Assembly (NCBI GenBank): GCA_041946735.1
Contig: JBHGAY010000003.1
Span: forward strand, 1 to 64,000
Direction: 5' to 3'
Origin: Candidatus Eiseniibacteriota bacterium
GTDB lineage: Bacteria; Eisenbacteria; RBG-16-71-46; CAIMUX01; VGJL01
Length of the DNA stretch: 64,000 nt
Positions 1 through 8,789 of the stretch are shown here, one piece after another; position 1 is the first letter of the stretch; each line of letters starts with the position of its first letter. A program made the translations under genes and the position numbers. The notes beneath the pieces are model-generated. The model did no database searches, had not been told where the DNA came from, and worked only from the letters and a program-made list of their open reading frames with translations.

Positions 1-158
1 TGGCGAGCCTCTTCGAGGGGACGCTGCCGGCCGGTGAGCACGTGCGGACGTGGACCGGTGTGGCGGACAACGGCGCGCCGGTCGAGAGCGGGGTGTACTT
101 CGCGCGGCTGACGAGCGACGACGGTCGCGCGTCGCAGAAGCTCATCTTGCTGAAGTAA
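1..158 (+). CDS. 3' end (partial) of a CTD-bearing protein whose tail is near-identical to that of 404..2431
   Basis: Frame from nt 3 reads ASLFEGTLPAGEHVRTWTGVADNGAPVESGVYFARLTSDDGRASQKLILLK*, with TAA at 156-158. It has 8 mismatches in 158 nt versus 2274-2431. Confidence 0.9.
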   Translation, partial: ASLFEGTLPAGEHVRTWTGVADNGAPVESGVYFARLTSDDGRASQKLILLK

Positions 159-170
159 GCAGCGGCTCCG
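1..170 (+). repeat. Direct repeat copy 1 (CTD coding end plus 12 nt of 3' UTR); copy 2 is at 2274-2443
   Basis: By-eye alignment gives 8 substitutions in the coding part and an identical TAAGCAGCGGCTCCG. Confidence 0.95.
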
Positions 171-191
171 GACCGCGGAGCCTCGGCGACG

Positions 192-223
192 GGCCCGGGC
201 GCTGAGAAGCGTCCGGGCCTCTT
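192..223 (+). terminator. GC-rich hairpin, probable intrinsic terminator
   Basis: GGCCCGGGCGCT-GAGA-AGCGTCCGGGCC followed by TCTT, downstream of the stop at 158. Confidence 0.6.
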
Positions 224-293
224 CCGTAGGTGCCCGCCGCACGCGCGAGCGATGGCCCGCTCCCTTCCCTGCCCGCCGCCTCCCCGTCCGATG

Positions 294-322
294 TGGCAAA
301 TCACGAGCGATGCGCCTACAAT
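294..322 (+). promoter_or_regulatory. Putative sigma70 promoter of the selenoprotein gene
   Basis: TGGCAA(294-299)-17 nt-TACAAT(317-322), with SD GGAGGAGG at 391-398 before ATG 404. Confidence 0.55.
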
Positions 323-403
323 CCGTTCGGCGTCGTTCCACGCTCGTCTCCGCGTCGCGGGGAGCGTGGGGGGCTCGTGGCAACAACATCGGAGGAGGTC
401 CCC

Positions 404-2431
404 ATGTCCAGGAAGACGGCCGCCATGGCGGCGATCCTCGTGATCCTCGGCGGCATGTGCGCGGCGCCCGCTTGGGCGGGCGTGCCGAGGGTCGTCGTCT
501 GCGAGGACTTCGGTTACGTGAGCTGACCGTACTGCCCAGCGGCCCGGTGCGGGCTCGAGACGGTACAGCAGGAGATGGGCTTCGAGCGGGTGGTCCACTG
601 GGAGTACCACACGCAGCAGGTGTTCGCGAATCCCGAGGCGCAGGCTCGCGCGAACTGGTACGGCGTGAGCGGCGTCCCGACGGTGAAGATCGATGGACAG
701 CGGACGGTAGTGGGCGCCGGGAGCTGCGAGACAGCCGCCGCGCAGTACACCGTGAACATCAACTCGCGCCTCGCCGAGACCGGGGGCACGAGCCCGATTT
801 CGATCGACGGCAGCTACCTGGCGGCCGGCAGCACCGTGTCGGTGGAGGCGACGTTCCGTCTCGAGGATCCGGTGGTCCTGACGAACCTCCGCGCCACCCT
901 CCTCATCTACGAGAACGGAATCCTGTACGACGGCACCGTCTACGACTACATCGAGCGCGACCTCTACGACGAGAACATCACGCTCGCCGGCGCCGGAGAC
1001 GAGGCGACCGTGGCCTACGACTTCGCGATCAACCCGGCGTGGAACATCGACAACATCCGGGTCGTCGCCTTCGTCCAACAGACGGCCACGAAGGAGATCG
1101 TGCAAGGACTGATGATGGGGGCGGACGACTTCCGGTTCGACATCGCCCGGCCGATCGCCTCCCTGCCGGATGGCGATGGCATGGCCGTCTTCACGGGCAT
1201 CCTGAAGAACACCGGCGAAGCGACCGACACCTTCACCCTGGAGCCGGGAGCTCCATTCGGCGACTGGACGACCGACTTCCTCGTCTGCGGCGATCCGAAC
1301 CCGCACAGCGGACCGTTTGACGTCGTGCTCGATCCCGAGGAATCGTGCGACGTCCGGATCCGGGTCCACACCGACGCCGCGATGGAGGCGAGGTCGGGAA
1401 GCTTCCAGGTCACCTCGGCCTTCTCGGCCCGGACGTGCGAGCGCGAGATGAGGGTCTTCAACGGCAGCTACGCGGTCCTGTTCGTGGACGACGATCGGGG
1501 CCGTTCCGACGAGGTTCCCTGGATCCAGGCGCTCGACCAGCTCGGGGTCCTGCACGACGACTGGAACGTCATGACGCAGGGATACTCGCCGTGGATGGGC
1601 CAGATCCTGGGCTACGACTACATGCTCTGGGAGACCGGCTTCGACTTCCTCGACAACACGATCCTGCTCGCGAGCGACGAGGCGACGATCCGAAGCTTCC
1701 TCGACGCCGGAGGGTCGGTCTTCGTCTCGAGCCAGCACTACGTCGACACGAAGACCGAGGTGACGCCGTTCATGCGGGACTACTTCGGAATCGCGTCGTT
1801 CGTCGAAGAGGTCGACTACACGACGATGAACGGGGTGCCCGGCGATCCGATCGGCGACGGGCTTTCGTTGCACCTGACCTTCTCGATCCCTTCCTTCAAC
1901 GAGGGGGACCAGGTGCAGCCGGCGCCGGGCGCGGCCACCTGCTTCCGCGATCCGAGCAACCGGAGCACCACGCTGCGCAATCAGGTGGTGGACGGCGGCA
2001 AGTGCGTCTTCATGGCGGCCGCGTTCCATGCGGTCGACAACAATCCGTACCCGAACAACATGAGAGGCGCGCTCGAGAGGATCATGGACTGGCTCGAGCC
2101 GCAGCCGTCGGCGGGTGCGGAGGATCAGGCGGGGGCGCCGCTCTTCGGCTCGCGGATCGACGCCGCGCAGCCGAACCCGTTCCATCCTCGCACGCAGATC
2201 TCGTTCACCCTCTCGCAGGCGGGCGCCTCGGGGCCCGTCCGCCTGGAGGTGTTCGACCTGAGCGGCCGGAGGGTGGCGAGCCTCTTCGAGGGGACGCTGC
2301 CGGCCGGTGAGCACGTGCAGACGTGGACCGGAATGGCCGACAACGGCGCGCCGGTCGAGAGCGGGGTGTACTTCGCGCGGCTGACGACCGACCAAGGTCG
2401 CGCGTCGCAGAAGCTCATCTTGTTGAAGTAA
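404..2431 (+). CDS. Exported Omp28-like/thioredoxin-fold selenoprotein (Sec at codon 41, UxxC) with FlgD-Ig/Por-type CTD, 675 aa
   Basis: SD plus ATG 404 and a signal peptide (MSRKTAAMAAILVILGGMCAAPAWA), then VVVCEDFGYVS-TGA-PYCP in frame with ORF 575..2431. Omp28-like motifs: EYH, RANWYGVSGVPTVKIDG, WNIDNIRVVAFVQ. C-terminus PNPF...VFDLSGRRV...SGVYFARL...KLILLK. Confidence 0.85.
526..564 (+). promoter_or_regulatory. Bacterial SECIS-like stem-loop immediately 3' of the in-frame UGA
   Basis: Upper stem GCCC(542-545)/GGGC(551-554) with loop GGTGC, about 20 nt after UGA. Lower stem ACCGT(526-530)/ACGGT(560-564). Confidence 0.65.
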
Positions 2432-2443
2432 GCAGCGGCTCCG
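2274..2443 (+). repeat. Direct repeat copy 2 of 1-170
   Basis: See copy 1. Confidence 0.95.
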
Positions 2444-2468
2444 TACGGCGGAACCTCGAACCATCGCG

Positions 2469-2506
2469 GGCCCGGCCTCCCCGATCGGGGGGCCGGGCCT
2501 TTCTTT
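2469..2506 (+). terminator. Intrinsic terminator
   Basis: GGCCCGGCCTCCCC-GATC-GGGGGGCCGGGCC followed by TTTCTTT. Confidence 0.8.
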
Positions 2507-2534
2507 CGACCTGGCTGCGCCCTTCGTCGCGGGT

Positions 2535-3350
2535 TCAGGGACCGAGGAAGAGCCCGAGCCCGATGGCGAAGGCGGCCGCCACGATCGATTCCTGGATGCC
2601 GAGCTTCGGAATGTGCAGCTTGCCATCCTTCCGGCGAGGAACGGGCAGGACGGAGCGGACCAGATAGAGGCCGGGGAGAAGGCCGGCGACGGGGCGATGG
2701 GCGAGGACGCCGGCCACGAGCGAGACGAATAGCAGTCCCAGACTGACCGGATGGTTCGCGCGGCGATCGAAGAGCGGCCGGCGCCCGGGAACCTCGCGGG
2801 AGAGGCGCACCCGCACCCAGATCAGGCTCAGCAGGAAGTAGGAGGCGGAGCAGAGGGCGAGCAGCGCGGCGTCCACCGTCCGGCCGCCGCCGACGTAGAG
2901 CCCCGCCCCTCCCTGGACGGATGTCGCGACGATGCCGAGGATCTCGAGCTCGCTCTGTCGCGCGAGGCGGCCTCGGTGGCCGAAGAGGCCGAGGAGGGCG
3001 GCGGCCAGCGCGGGCGCGAGGGCGAGGATCGCCTCCGGCCGCGTGGCGATCCCGTCGACGAGCAGCGCGAGGCCGAGCATTCCGGTCACGAGCCCCGCGT
3101 CGCTGAAGCGGTCGCGGCGGCGCAGCGCGGCGCCGAACGCCTGGAACGACCCGAAGAGCAGGAGCGAGGCGGCGGCCCAGATCGCGGCGTCGAGGGTGTC
3201 GGGCGCGGCGATGAGCGCGGAGATCTGCGGGCCGAGCAGGTAGGCCCAGGATCCGTGCTCCTTCGGGACCAGGCCCTTCCAGTCGCGAATCGTCCAGTGG
3301 AGCCAGCGGCCGCGCAGCTTCCTCGCCGTCGCGGGGGCGCTCACCGTCAC
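2535..3350 (-). CDS. YwiC-like family membrane protein
   Basis: PKEHGSW motif, multiple TM segments and C-terminal KLGIQE. The GTG start overlaps the stop of the upstream Crp/Fnr gene (GTGA). Confidence 0.75.
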   Translation of the reverse strand: MTVSAPATARKLRGRWLHWTIRDWKGLVPKEHGSWAYLLGPQISALIAAPDTLDAAIWAAASLLLFGSFQAFGAALRRRDRFSDAGLVTGMLGLALLVDGIATRPEAILALAPALAAALLGLFGHRGRLARQSELEILGIVATSVQGGAGLYVGGGRTVDAALLALCSASYFLLSLIWVRVRLSREVPGRRPLFDRRANHPVSLGLLFVSLVAGVLAHRPVAGLLPGLYLVRSVLPVPRRKDGKLHIPKLGIQESIVAAAFAIGLGLFLGP

Positions 3351-4033
3351 TCGATCCCCTCCACTCGGTCGCGCAGGGCTTGCTCGTCGAGGATGCGGAT
3401 CTGCCGCCCCTCGATCCCGATCACCCCCTCCTGCTCGAAGCGATGGAGGTTGCGGGAGACGATCTCGCGCACCGTCCCGAGACGGTTCGCGATCTCCTGA
3501 TTCGAAAGCGTGAGAGGGAAGGAGGGGCCGCTGCGATCCGCGATCTCGAGGAGGTATTTCGCCAGGCGCTGCGGAACGCCGAGCAGGGACAGCTCCTCGA
3601 CGAGCGCGACCAAGTGGCGCAGGCGCCGGCCGACGACACGCAACACTTCGAGCGCGATCTCGGGCCGGTCGCGCAACAACTCCTCGAAGGCGGGGCGGGG
3701 AAGGAGCAGGACGCGGCTCTCTTCGAGCGCCGCGCAGGAGACCGGGTACGGCTCGCCGTCGAGGAGCGGCAGCTCGGCGATTACCGCTCCGGGCGCCTCG
3801 ATCGCGACGATCTGCTCGCGCCCGGACGGAGAGGCGCGGTAGAGCTTCATGGCGCCGCAGAGGAGCAGGTACATCCCGCGGCACGAATCGCCTTCGGCGA
3901 AGAGATCCGCCCCGCGGCTCACCTTCACGATGCGGCTCGACGTCGCGAGCGAATCGAGCCCGCGCTGGTCGATCCCGGCGAGAAACGGCACGCGCCGGAG
4001 TGCGGCCACCCGTTCTCCCTCGATACCGGTCAT
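3347..4033 (-). CDS. Crp/Fnr-family transcriptional regulator (HcpR/Dnr-like, no N-terminal FNR Cys cluster)
   Basis: cNMP-type domain (LFAEGD, SPSGREQIV, AELPLLDG) and HTH (LSNQEIANRLGTVREIVSRNL). ATG at 4033 has a GGGGAG SD. Confidence 0.92.
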   Translation of the reverse strand: MTGIEGERVAALRRVPFLAGIDQRGLDSLATSSRIVKVSRGADLFAEGDSCRGMYLLLCGAMKLYRASPSGREQIVAIEAPGAVIAELPLLDGEPYPVSCAALEESRVLLLPRPAFEELLRDRPEIALEVLRVVGRRLRHLVALVEELSLLGVPQRLAKYLLEIADRSGPSFPLTLSNQEIANRLGTVREIVSRNLHRFEQEGVIGIEGRQIRILDEQALRDRVEGIE

Positions 4034-4105
4034 CGCTCCCCCGTCCGTTCGGTCGTCCTGTCGCGAGCGTAGGGGCAGCGCGCGGATGTGAGAAGGGCGA
4101 ACGGC

Positions 4106-4119
4106 GTGACCCAGGTCAT
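4106..4119. promoter_or_regulatory. Candidate Crp/Fnr-type operator
   Basis: GTGAC-CCAG-GTCAT (TGA-N6-TCA dyad) in the divergent Crp/hemerythrin intergenic region. Confidence 0.55.
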
Positions 4120-4280
4120 CGCGCGGGGCGGGTCGGACGGCGGATCTTCGCGCGTTGCCGCGGAGTGGCGAGCCGGGACGCTTCGGCCGGTGACGATCCA
4201 GCCGGCGATGCCGGACTGGACCGGGACGAACCGGGGAGCAGGCCGGCATCGACGAGCCGGCGAAACGGGCCTAGGAGGGA

Positions 4281-4844
4281 ATGATGACCGAACGTCCGAC
4301 CGATATCCTGCGCGACGAGCACCAGCAGATCGAGGCGGTCCTGCAAGTGCTGGACGATCTGGCCGAGGAGGCGAGGCGCGGCCCGTTCGACAGGGCAAAA
4401 GCCGGCGAGATCCTGACCTTTCTCCGCGAGTTCGCCGACCGCAACCATCACGGGAAGGAAGAGCGATGCCTCTTCCCGCGCCTGGCCCAGCACGGATACG
4501 GCCCGGAGCTCGGGCCGGTGGCCGTGATGCTCCACGAGCACGAGCTGGGCAGGCAGTTCCTGCGTCAGATGGGATCCGCCCTCGACGAGCCCGAGGCGGA
4601 AGGGGCGGCGAGGCGATTCGCCGACGCGGCGAACGGCTACGTGCAGCTTCTCGCGCATCACATCGAGAAGGAGAACATGATCCTCTTCCGCATCGCGGAA
4701 TCGTTGTTCGACGAGGACGACCAGGCCGCGGTGAAGGCCGGCTTCGACGCGGTCGAGAGGGAGGAGATGGGGGACGGAGCGCGCGAGCGGCTGCAGGCTC
4801 TCGCCGGCCGGATCGTCTCCTCCTCGGGCAAGACGAGCGCCTGA
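4281..4844 (+). CDS. Hemerythrin/HHE cation-binding domain protein
   Basis: EHQQI, HHGKEERCLFP, HEHELGR and HHIEKENMILF motifs; SD AGGAGG. Confidence 0.92.
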   Translation: MMTERPTDILRDEHQQIEAVLQVLDDLAEEARRGPFDRAKAGEILTFLREFADRNHHGKEERCLFPRLAQHGYGPELGPVAVMLHEHELGRQFLRQMGSALDEPEAEGAARRFADAANGYVQLLAHHIEKENMILFRIAESLFDEDDQAAVKAGFDAVEREEMGDGARERLQALAGRIVSSSGKTSA

Positions 4845-4905
4845 CTGCCGGGGTAGGCAGCGGGGGGGGAGGGGCGGCCGGCGTTCGGCTCGCCCCCCTC
4901 CCTCG

Positions 4906-6234
4906 TCAGGCTTCGCGGATCTCGGTCCGGCTCTCGAGGAAGCGCGCGAGGAGGTGGAAGTCGGAGTCCGGCCGGATGAACCGCACCTCCGTCTTCAACG
5001 TCTCCGAATTGACCAACTCCTGGAACGGCACGTAGCGCAGGTCGAGCTGGCCGGTCGTGCTCACCATGTACCCGTCGAGGTTCTCCTCGACCAGGGCCCG
5101 ATACGCTCCGATCCCGAGCTGGCTGCCGAGCATGACGTCGAACGCGTGCGGCGGAGCGCATCGCGACTCGTAGCCGATCTGGAGTCCGATCACCTTCTTC
5201 TCGCGTCCCGTGCGCCGGTGGTACTCGTCGGAGACGAGCCGGGCGATCAGCTTTCCGATGTCGATCCGGCCGATCGAGATGTTGCCGTGCTCGTCCTTCG
5301 GGATGCTGCGGATATAGCTCTCCGGGAACAGCTCCGCGAGCCCTTCGGCGAGCACGACCGTCCCGAAGAACTTCTTCTCGCGCTTCTCGCGGATCAGGAT
5401 GAGGTTGACGATCTGATCGACGAGCGACTCGACGCGGAGGCGCCGCTCCTTGCGCGTCGCTCCCGTTTCGCGATCGACCACCTCGTCCTCGAACGTCATC
5501 TCCTCCACGACGTCCTCGACCGAGAAGACCATGTTCGCCTCGCCGGCGATCCCGACGCCGTAGGAGAGCCAACCCGCCTTTCGTCCCATGCATTCGGCGA
5601 TGTAGTAGACCCGCCCCGCTTCGGCGTCGGCCCGGAGGTTCTTCACCTCCTTGGCGAGGAAGTCGACCGCCGTGAAGTAGCCGAACGTGAAGTCGATCCC
5701 TTGATAGTCGTTGTCGATCGTTTTCGGGAGGTGGACGATCTGCACCTTCTTCGCTCCCGGGGGGAGGCGCTTCTGGTACTCGTGGAGGAAGTTCGCCGTC
5801 TTCAGCGTGTCGTCGCCGCCGATCGAGATGAGCGCGTCGATCCCCATGTCGAGGAACGCGGAGTAGACATTGCGGAGCCGCTTCGTCTTCTCCGGGTCGT
5901 CCAGGTCGGCAGGCTTCGAGATCCCTTTGCCCGGATTCGCGCGGGAGGTGCCGATCAGGATCCCTTGCGAGTTGCGGTTGCCGGTCACTTCCTTGTGGGT
6001 GAACTCGCGATAGTGCTCGTCCCGGATCAGACGGTTCGTCACGGGATGGTAGAGCTGCAGGTTCTCGTACCCGTGCATGAAGCCGATCACCTCGCGCCCG
6101 TCGTCGAGGAAGCTGACGGCCGTCGAGCTGATCACGGCGTTGGCGCCCGGCGCCGGACCGCCCGCGAAGACGATCCCGACGCGGCGGACATGATCCCCTC
6201 TCTTCTCCCGTGTGGCCCAGTGGATGCGCGACAT
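4906..6234 (-). CDS. pfp: Pyrophosphate-dependent 6-phosphofructokinase
   Basis: GGPAPGAN, GTSR, IGGDDT, PKTIDND, MGR and GYESR motifs. GGDD plus PKTIDND is the PPi-type signature. Start MSRIHW at 6234. Confidence 0.88.
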   Translation of the reverse strand: MSRIHWATREKRGDHVRRVGIVFAGGPAPGANAVISSTAVSFLDDGREVIGFMHGYENLQLYHPVTNRLIRDEHYREFTHKEVTGNRNSQGILIGTSRANPGKGISKPADLDDPEKTKRLRNVYSAFLDMGIDALISIGGDDTLKTANFLHEYQKRLPPGAKKVQIVHLPKTIDNDYQGIDFTFGYFTAVDFLAKEVKNLRADAEAGRVYYIAECMGRKAGWLSYGVGIAGEANMVFSVEDVVEEMTFEDEVVDRETGATRKERRLRVESLVDQIVNLILIREKREKKFFGTVVLAEGLAELFPESYIRSIPKDEHGNISIGRIDIGKLIARLVSDEYHRRTGREKKVIGLQIGYESRCAPPHAFDVMLGSQLGIGAYRALVEENLDGYMVSTTGQLDLRYVPFQELVNSETLKTEVRFIRPDSDFHLLARFLESRTEIREA

Positions 6235-6684
6235 GAACCTCCCCTCCCCCTGTTCGGGAGCGCCCCCCAGCCCGTGGCGGAACAGGACGATCCGGCCCGA
6301 AGCGCCCCGACCGCAAGACGGTATCGGTCCGCCGGGAAACTGTCCAGATCCCGGGCGGCGGTGTCGGGGGGGCGCGAGGAGGCGGAGGGCGTACGGCGTC
6401 GCGTCGCGTACGGAATGCCGGAAGCTGGTGGAGGCAAAGGGAGCGTCGCAGCAGCGGCCCGAGGGTCGCCCCGCGACGTCCACACAGTCGGTCGAGGCTT
6501 TCACGGGCGACGGGAATGAAAGCGCAGAGGCCCGCTCTCGCCGACATCCGGCAGAATAGGACGGCGCGAAGGCGACCCGCCAGTGAAGACTCTGTGAGCA
6601 ACGAGCGAAGCGAAGCGGAGAATGCCGGGCAGCGACGGTTCTCCGCTTCGCACTCGGGTCGTTCGTCGTTTCAGCCGCTGCGAG

Positions 6685-8592
6685 TCAGCGGATGCGGACG
6701 ATCGGACGCCGGATGACCCGCGCAGCGCCCCCCAGTGAGCTCGTCGCCTCGAGCCGCAGCACGTAGTAGCCGGCCGGGACGGTTCGCCCTGCGTCGTCCC
6801 TGCCGTCCCAGGCGACGTGTCCGACGGTGGCCGCTCCTCCGTTTCCGGCGGCGATCAGGCCTCGCACCTTCCTCCCCGACGCGTCGTAGACGGCGAGGTC
6901 GAAGGAGCTTCCCGCCGGCATCGTGAACGAGAGCTCCGCGCTGTCCCGCATCGGGTTCGGGTGCGCCTCGAGCGCGAGGGCGGACCAGCCGTCCCTGCCG
7001 CCACCCGCGCCCCCGCCCGCCGCCTCCTGCTCGGGCGCGCCCGCGGGGTCCTGGCCCTCGATCTTCATCGCGATCGAGTAGTTCGGGTAGATGAGGGTGA
7101 GGTCGCTCAGGCGGCGCATGATGCAGTGCGGGCCGCGGACGCCGACGTTCGCGCCTGCGTCGTAGGCGGGATCGTTCGCGCTCAGCCGGAGCCACCAGCG
7201 CCCCGGCTCGAGCGGCGCGTTCCACGCCTGGCTCACCCAGGCGACGGAGTCGGGACTGAAACGGTACTGGTAGTCCGCCCAGGCGATCGGCTGGTCGAGG
7301 TCGGGAAAGCCGTTGGTTCCATCGTCCGGATAGAGCGTCGCGCGGAAGCCGTCCACCTGCCAGTTGATCGTCCATCCGTCGAGGTCGATCCGGCGTGCCA
7401 CGGTCGGTTCGGTCAGGTCGAACGGCTGGAAGATCTCGTAGCCGGTCGCCGGGTCGCCGCTCAACGTGCGGCTGAGGGTGACGGTGTCGCTGCCGTTGTC
7501 GACGATCCAGTCGATCGGCCGGCATGGATCGTCCTCGCACTCGTCGGGGACGCCGTTGCCGTTGCAGTCCTCGCTCACGCCGCCCACGACGTCGTCGAGG
7601 TCGCGCACGCCGTTGCCGTTGCAGTCGGTGATCCCCTGGACGACCGGCACGTCGAAGGAGATCCCGGCCGGCGAGAGTCCGGCCGGACTGTTGTAGATCG
7701 TTTCGACCCCCGTTCCGTCGAGGTTCGCGCGGCGCACGGCGCCGGCCAGCTCGTCGGTCCACCACGCTTGCCCACGCTCCGGATCGATCCGCAGGCTGAT
7801 CAATCCCGACGAGACCCCCTCTCCGGGAGACATGTCGACCAGCACGGTGAAGCCGGTGTCGTCGAGGTTCGCGCGGCAGAGGACGTCGCTGTTCGTGTTC
7901 GCGTCGAGGAAGTAGATCCGGCCGGCCGCGGCGTCGAGCGCGATCGAGGTCACTGTGTTCACGCCCCGCACGACCGTCTCGACCCCGCCTGTTCCGTCCA
8001 TGCGGATTCGACGGATCGCGTCCTCGGCGCAGAAGTAGACGTAGCCGTTCGTCGCGTCGGCGGTCGGAGGCCCGACGTAGGAGAAGTTCGGGTCGTAGGG
8101 ATCCGCGGCGAAAACGGTCTCGAGTCCGGTGCCGTCGAGATTCGCGCGCCGGATCAGGCCGCTCGCCGTCCCTTGGGGAGGAGAGTCGGCGAAGTAGAGC
8201 TTGCCGGCATCGAGATCGAGCGACAGGCCGCGCGGCAGGCGCAGGCCGCTCAGCAGAAGCTGCGACGCCGTGCCGTCGAAGTTCGCGCGCCGGATCGTCC
8301 CCGATGTGTAGTTCCCGTTGGTCCAGTAGAGCTTCGGGAGGGACGGATCGACGTCGCAGGCGAGAGGCAGCCACTCGCTCGTGGGGGGCGAGAAGAGAAG
8401 CTGCGCGTCGCTTCCGTCGAGGTTCATCGAGCGAATCTTCGGGTTGTTGTACTGATACTCGGTCAGGATCAGCCGGGACTGCGCCCCGGCATCGGACGGA
8501 CCGAGCGCGAGCGCGAAGGCAAGGGCCAGCGACAGCAAGGCTGCCGTCATGGCGAGGGAGACGGCCCTGGGTGGGAGGCTGAGGCAGGACAT
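6685..8592 (-). CDS. Secreted YWTD (LDL-receptor class B) beta-propeller protein with DCNGNG repeats and CTD
   Basis: Signal peptide; LYWTN/LYFAD/IYFLD/WWTD blades each followed by a RANxD-type motif; two DCNGNGVxD repeats; PNP...YDASGRKV...WDGRDDAG...GYY. SD GAGAGGAG. Confidence 0.85.
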   Translation of the reverse strand: MSCLSLPPRAVSLAMTAALLSLALAFALALGPSDAGAQSRLILTEYQYNNPKIRSMNLDGSDAQLLFSPPTSEWLPLACDVDPSLPKLYWTNGNYTSGTIRRANFDGTASQLLLSGLRLPRGLSLDLDAGKLYFADSPPQGTASGLIRRANLDGTGLETVFAADPYDPNFSYVGPPTADATNGYVYFCAEDAIRRIRMDGTGGVETVVRGVNTVTSIALDAAAGRIYFLDANTNSDVLCRANLDDTGFTVLVDMSPGEGVSSGLISLRIDPERGQAWWTDELAGAVRRANLDGTGVETIYNSPAGLSPAGISFDVPVVQGITDCNGNGVRDLDDVVGGVSEDCNGNGVPDECEDDPCRPIDWIVDNGSDTVTLSRTLSGDPATGYEIFQPFDLTEPTVARRIDLDGWTINWQVDGFRATLYPDDGTNGFPDLDQPIAWADYQYRFSPDSVAWVSQAWNAPLEPGRWWLRLSANDPAYDAGANVGVRGPHCIMRRLSDLTLIYPNYSIAMKIEGQDPAGAPEQEAAGGGAGGGRDGWSALALEAHPNPMRDSAELSFTMPAGSSFDLAVYDASGRKVRGLIAAGNGGAATVGHVAWDGRDDAGRTVPAGYYVLRLEATSSLGGAARVIRRPIVRIR

Positions 8593-8789
8593 TTCGACTC
8601 CTCTCGTTGGTGTGTTGCGCCTCGGGAGAATCGGTGCGCAACGAGGATAGCGGGTCGGGGAGGAGCGGGGCAATCGTCGCGGAGTGGGGGTTGCCGGGGA
8701 GAGGACGAAGCGGCCGCCCTCCCGGAGGAGAGCGGCCGCCGTTCGCACGAAACCCGCCCGATAGGCGAGCGTCCCTGCGATCTGCGTCT

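Noticed and set aside
230..526. 98-aa ORF as a stand-alone gene, with 575..2431 as a separate gene
   Set aside because: The two are in frame across a single TGA in a CxxC-type position. The signal peptide is in the first part and the rest of the domain in the second. Sec read-through explains this better, though a nonsense mutation cannot be fully excluded.
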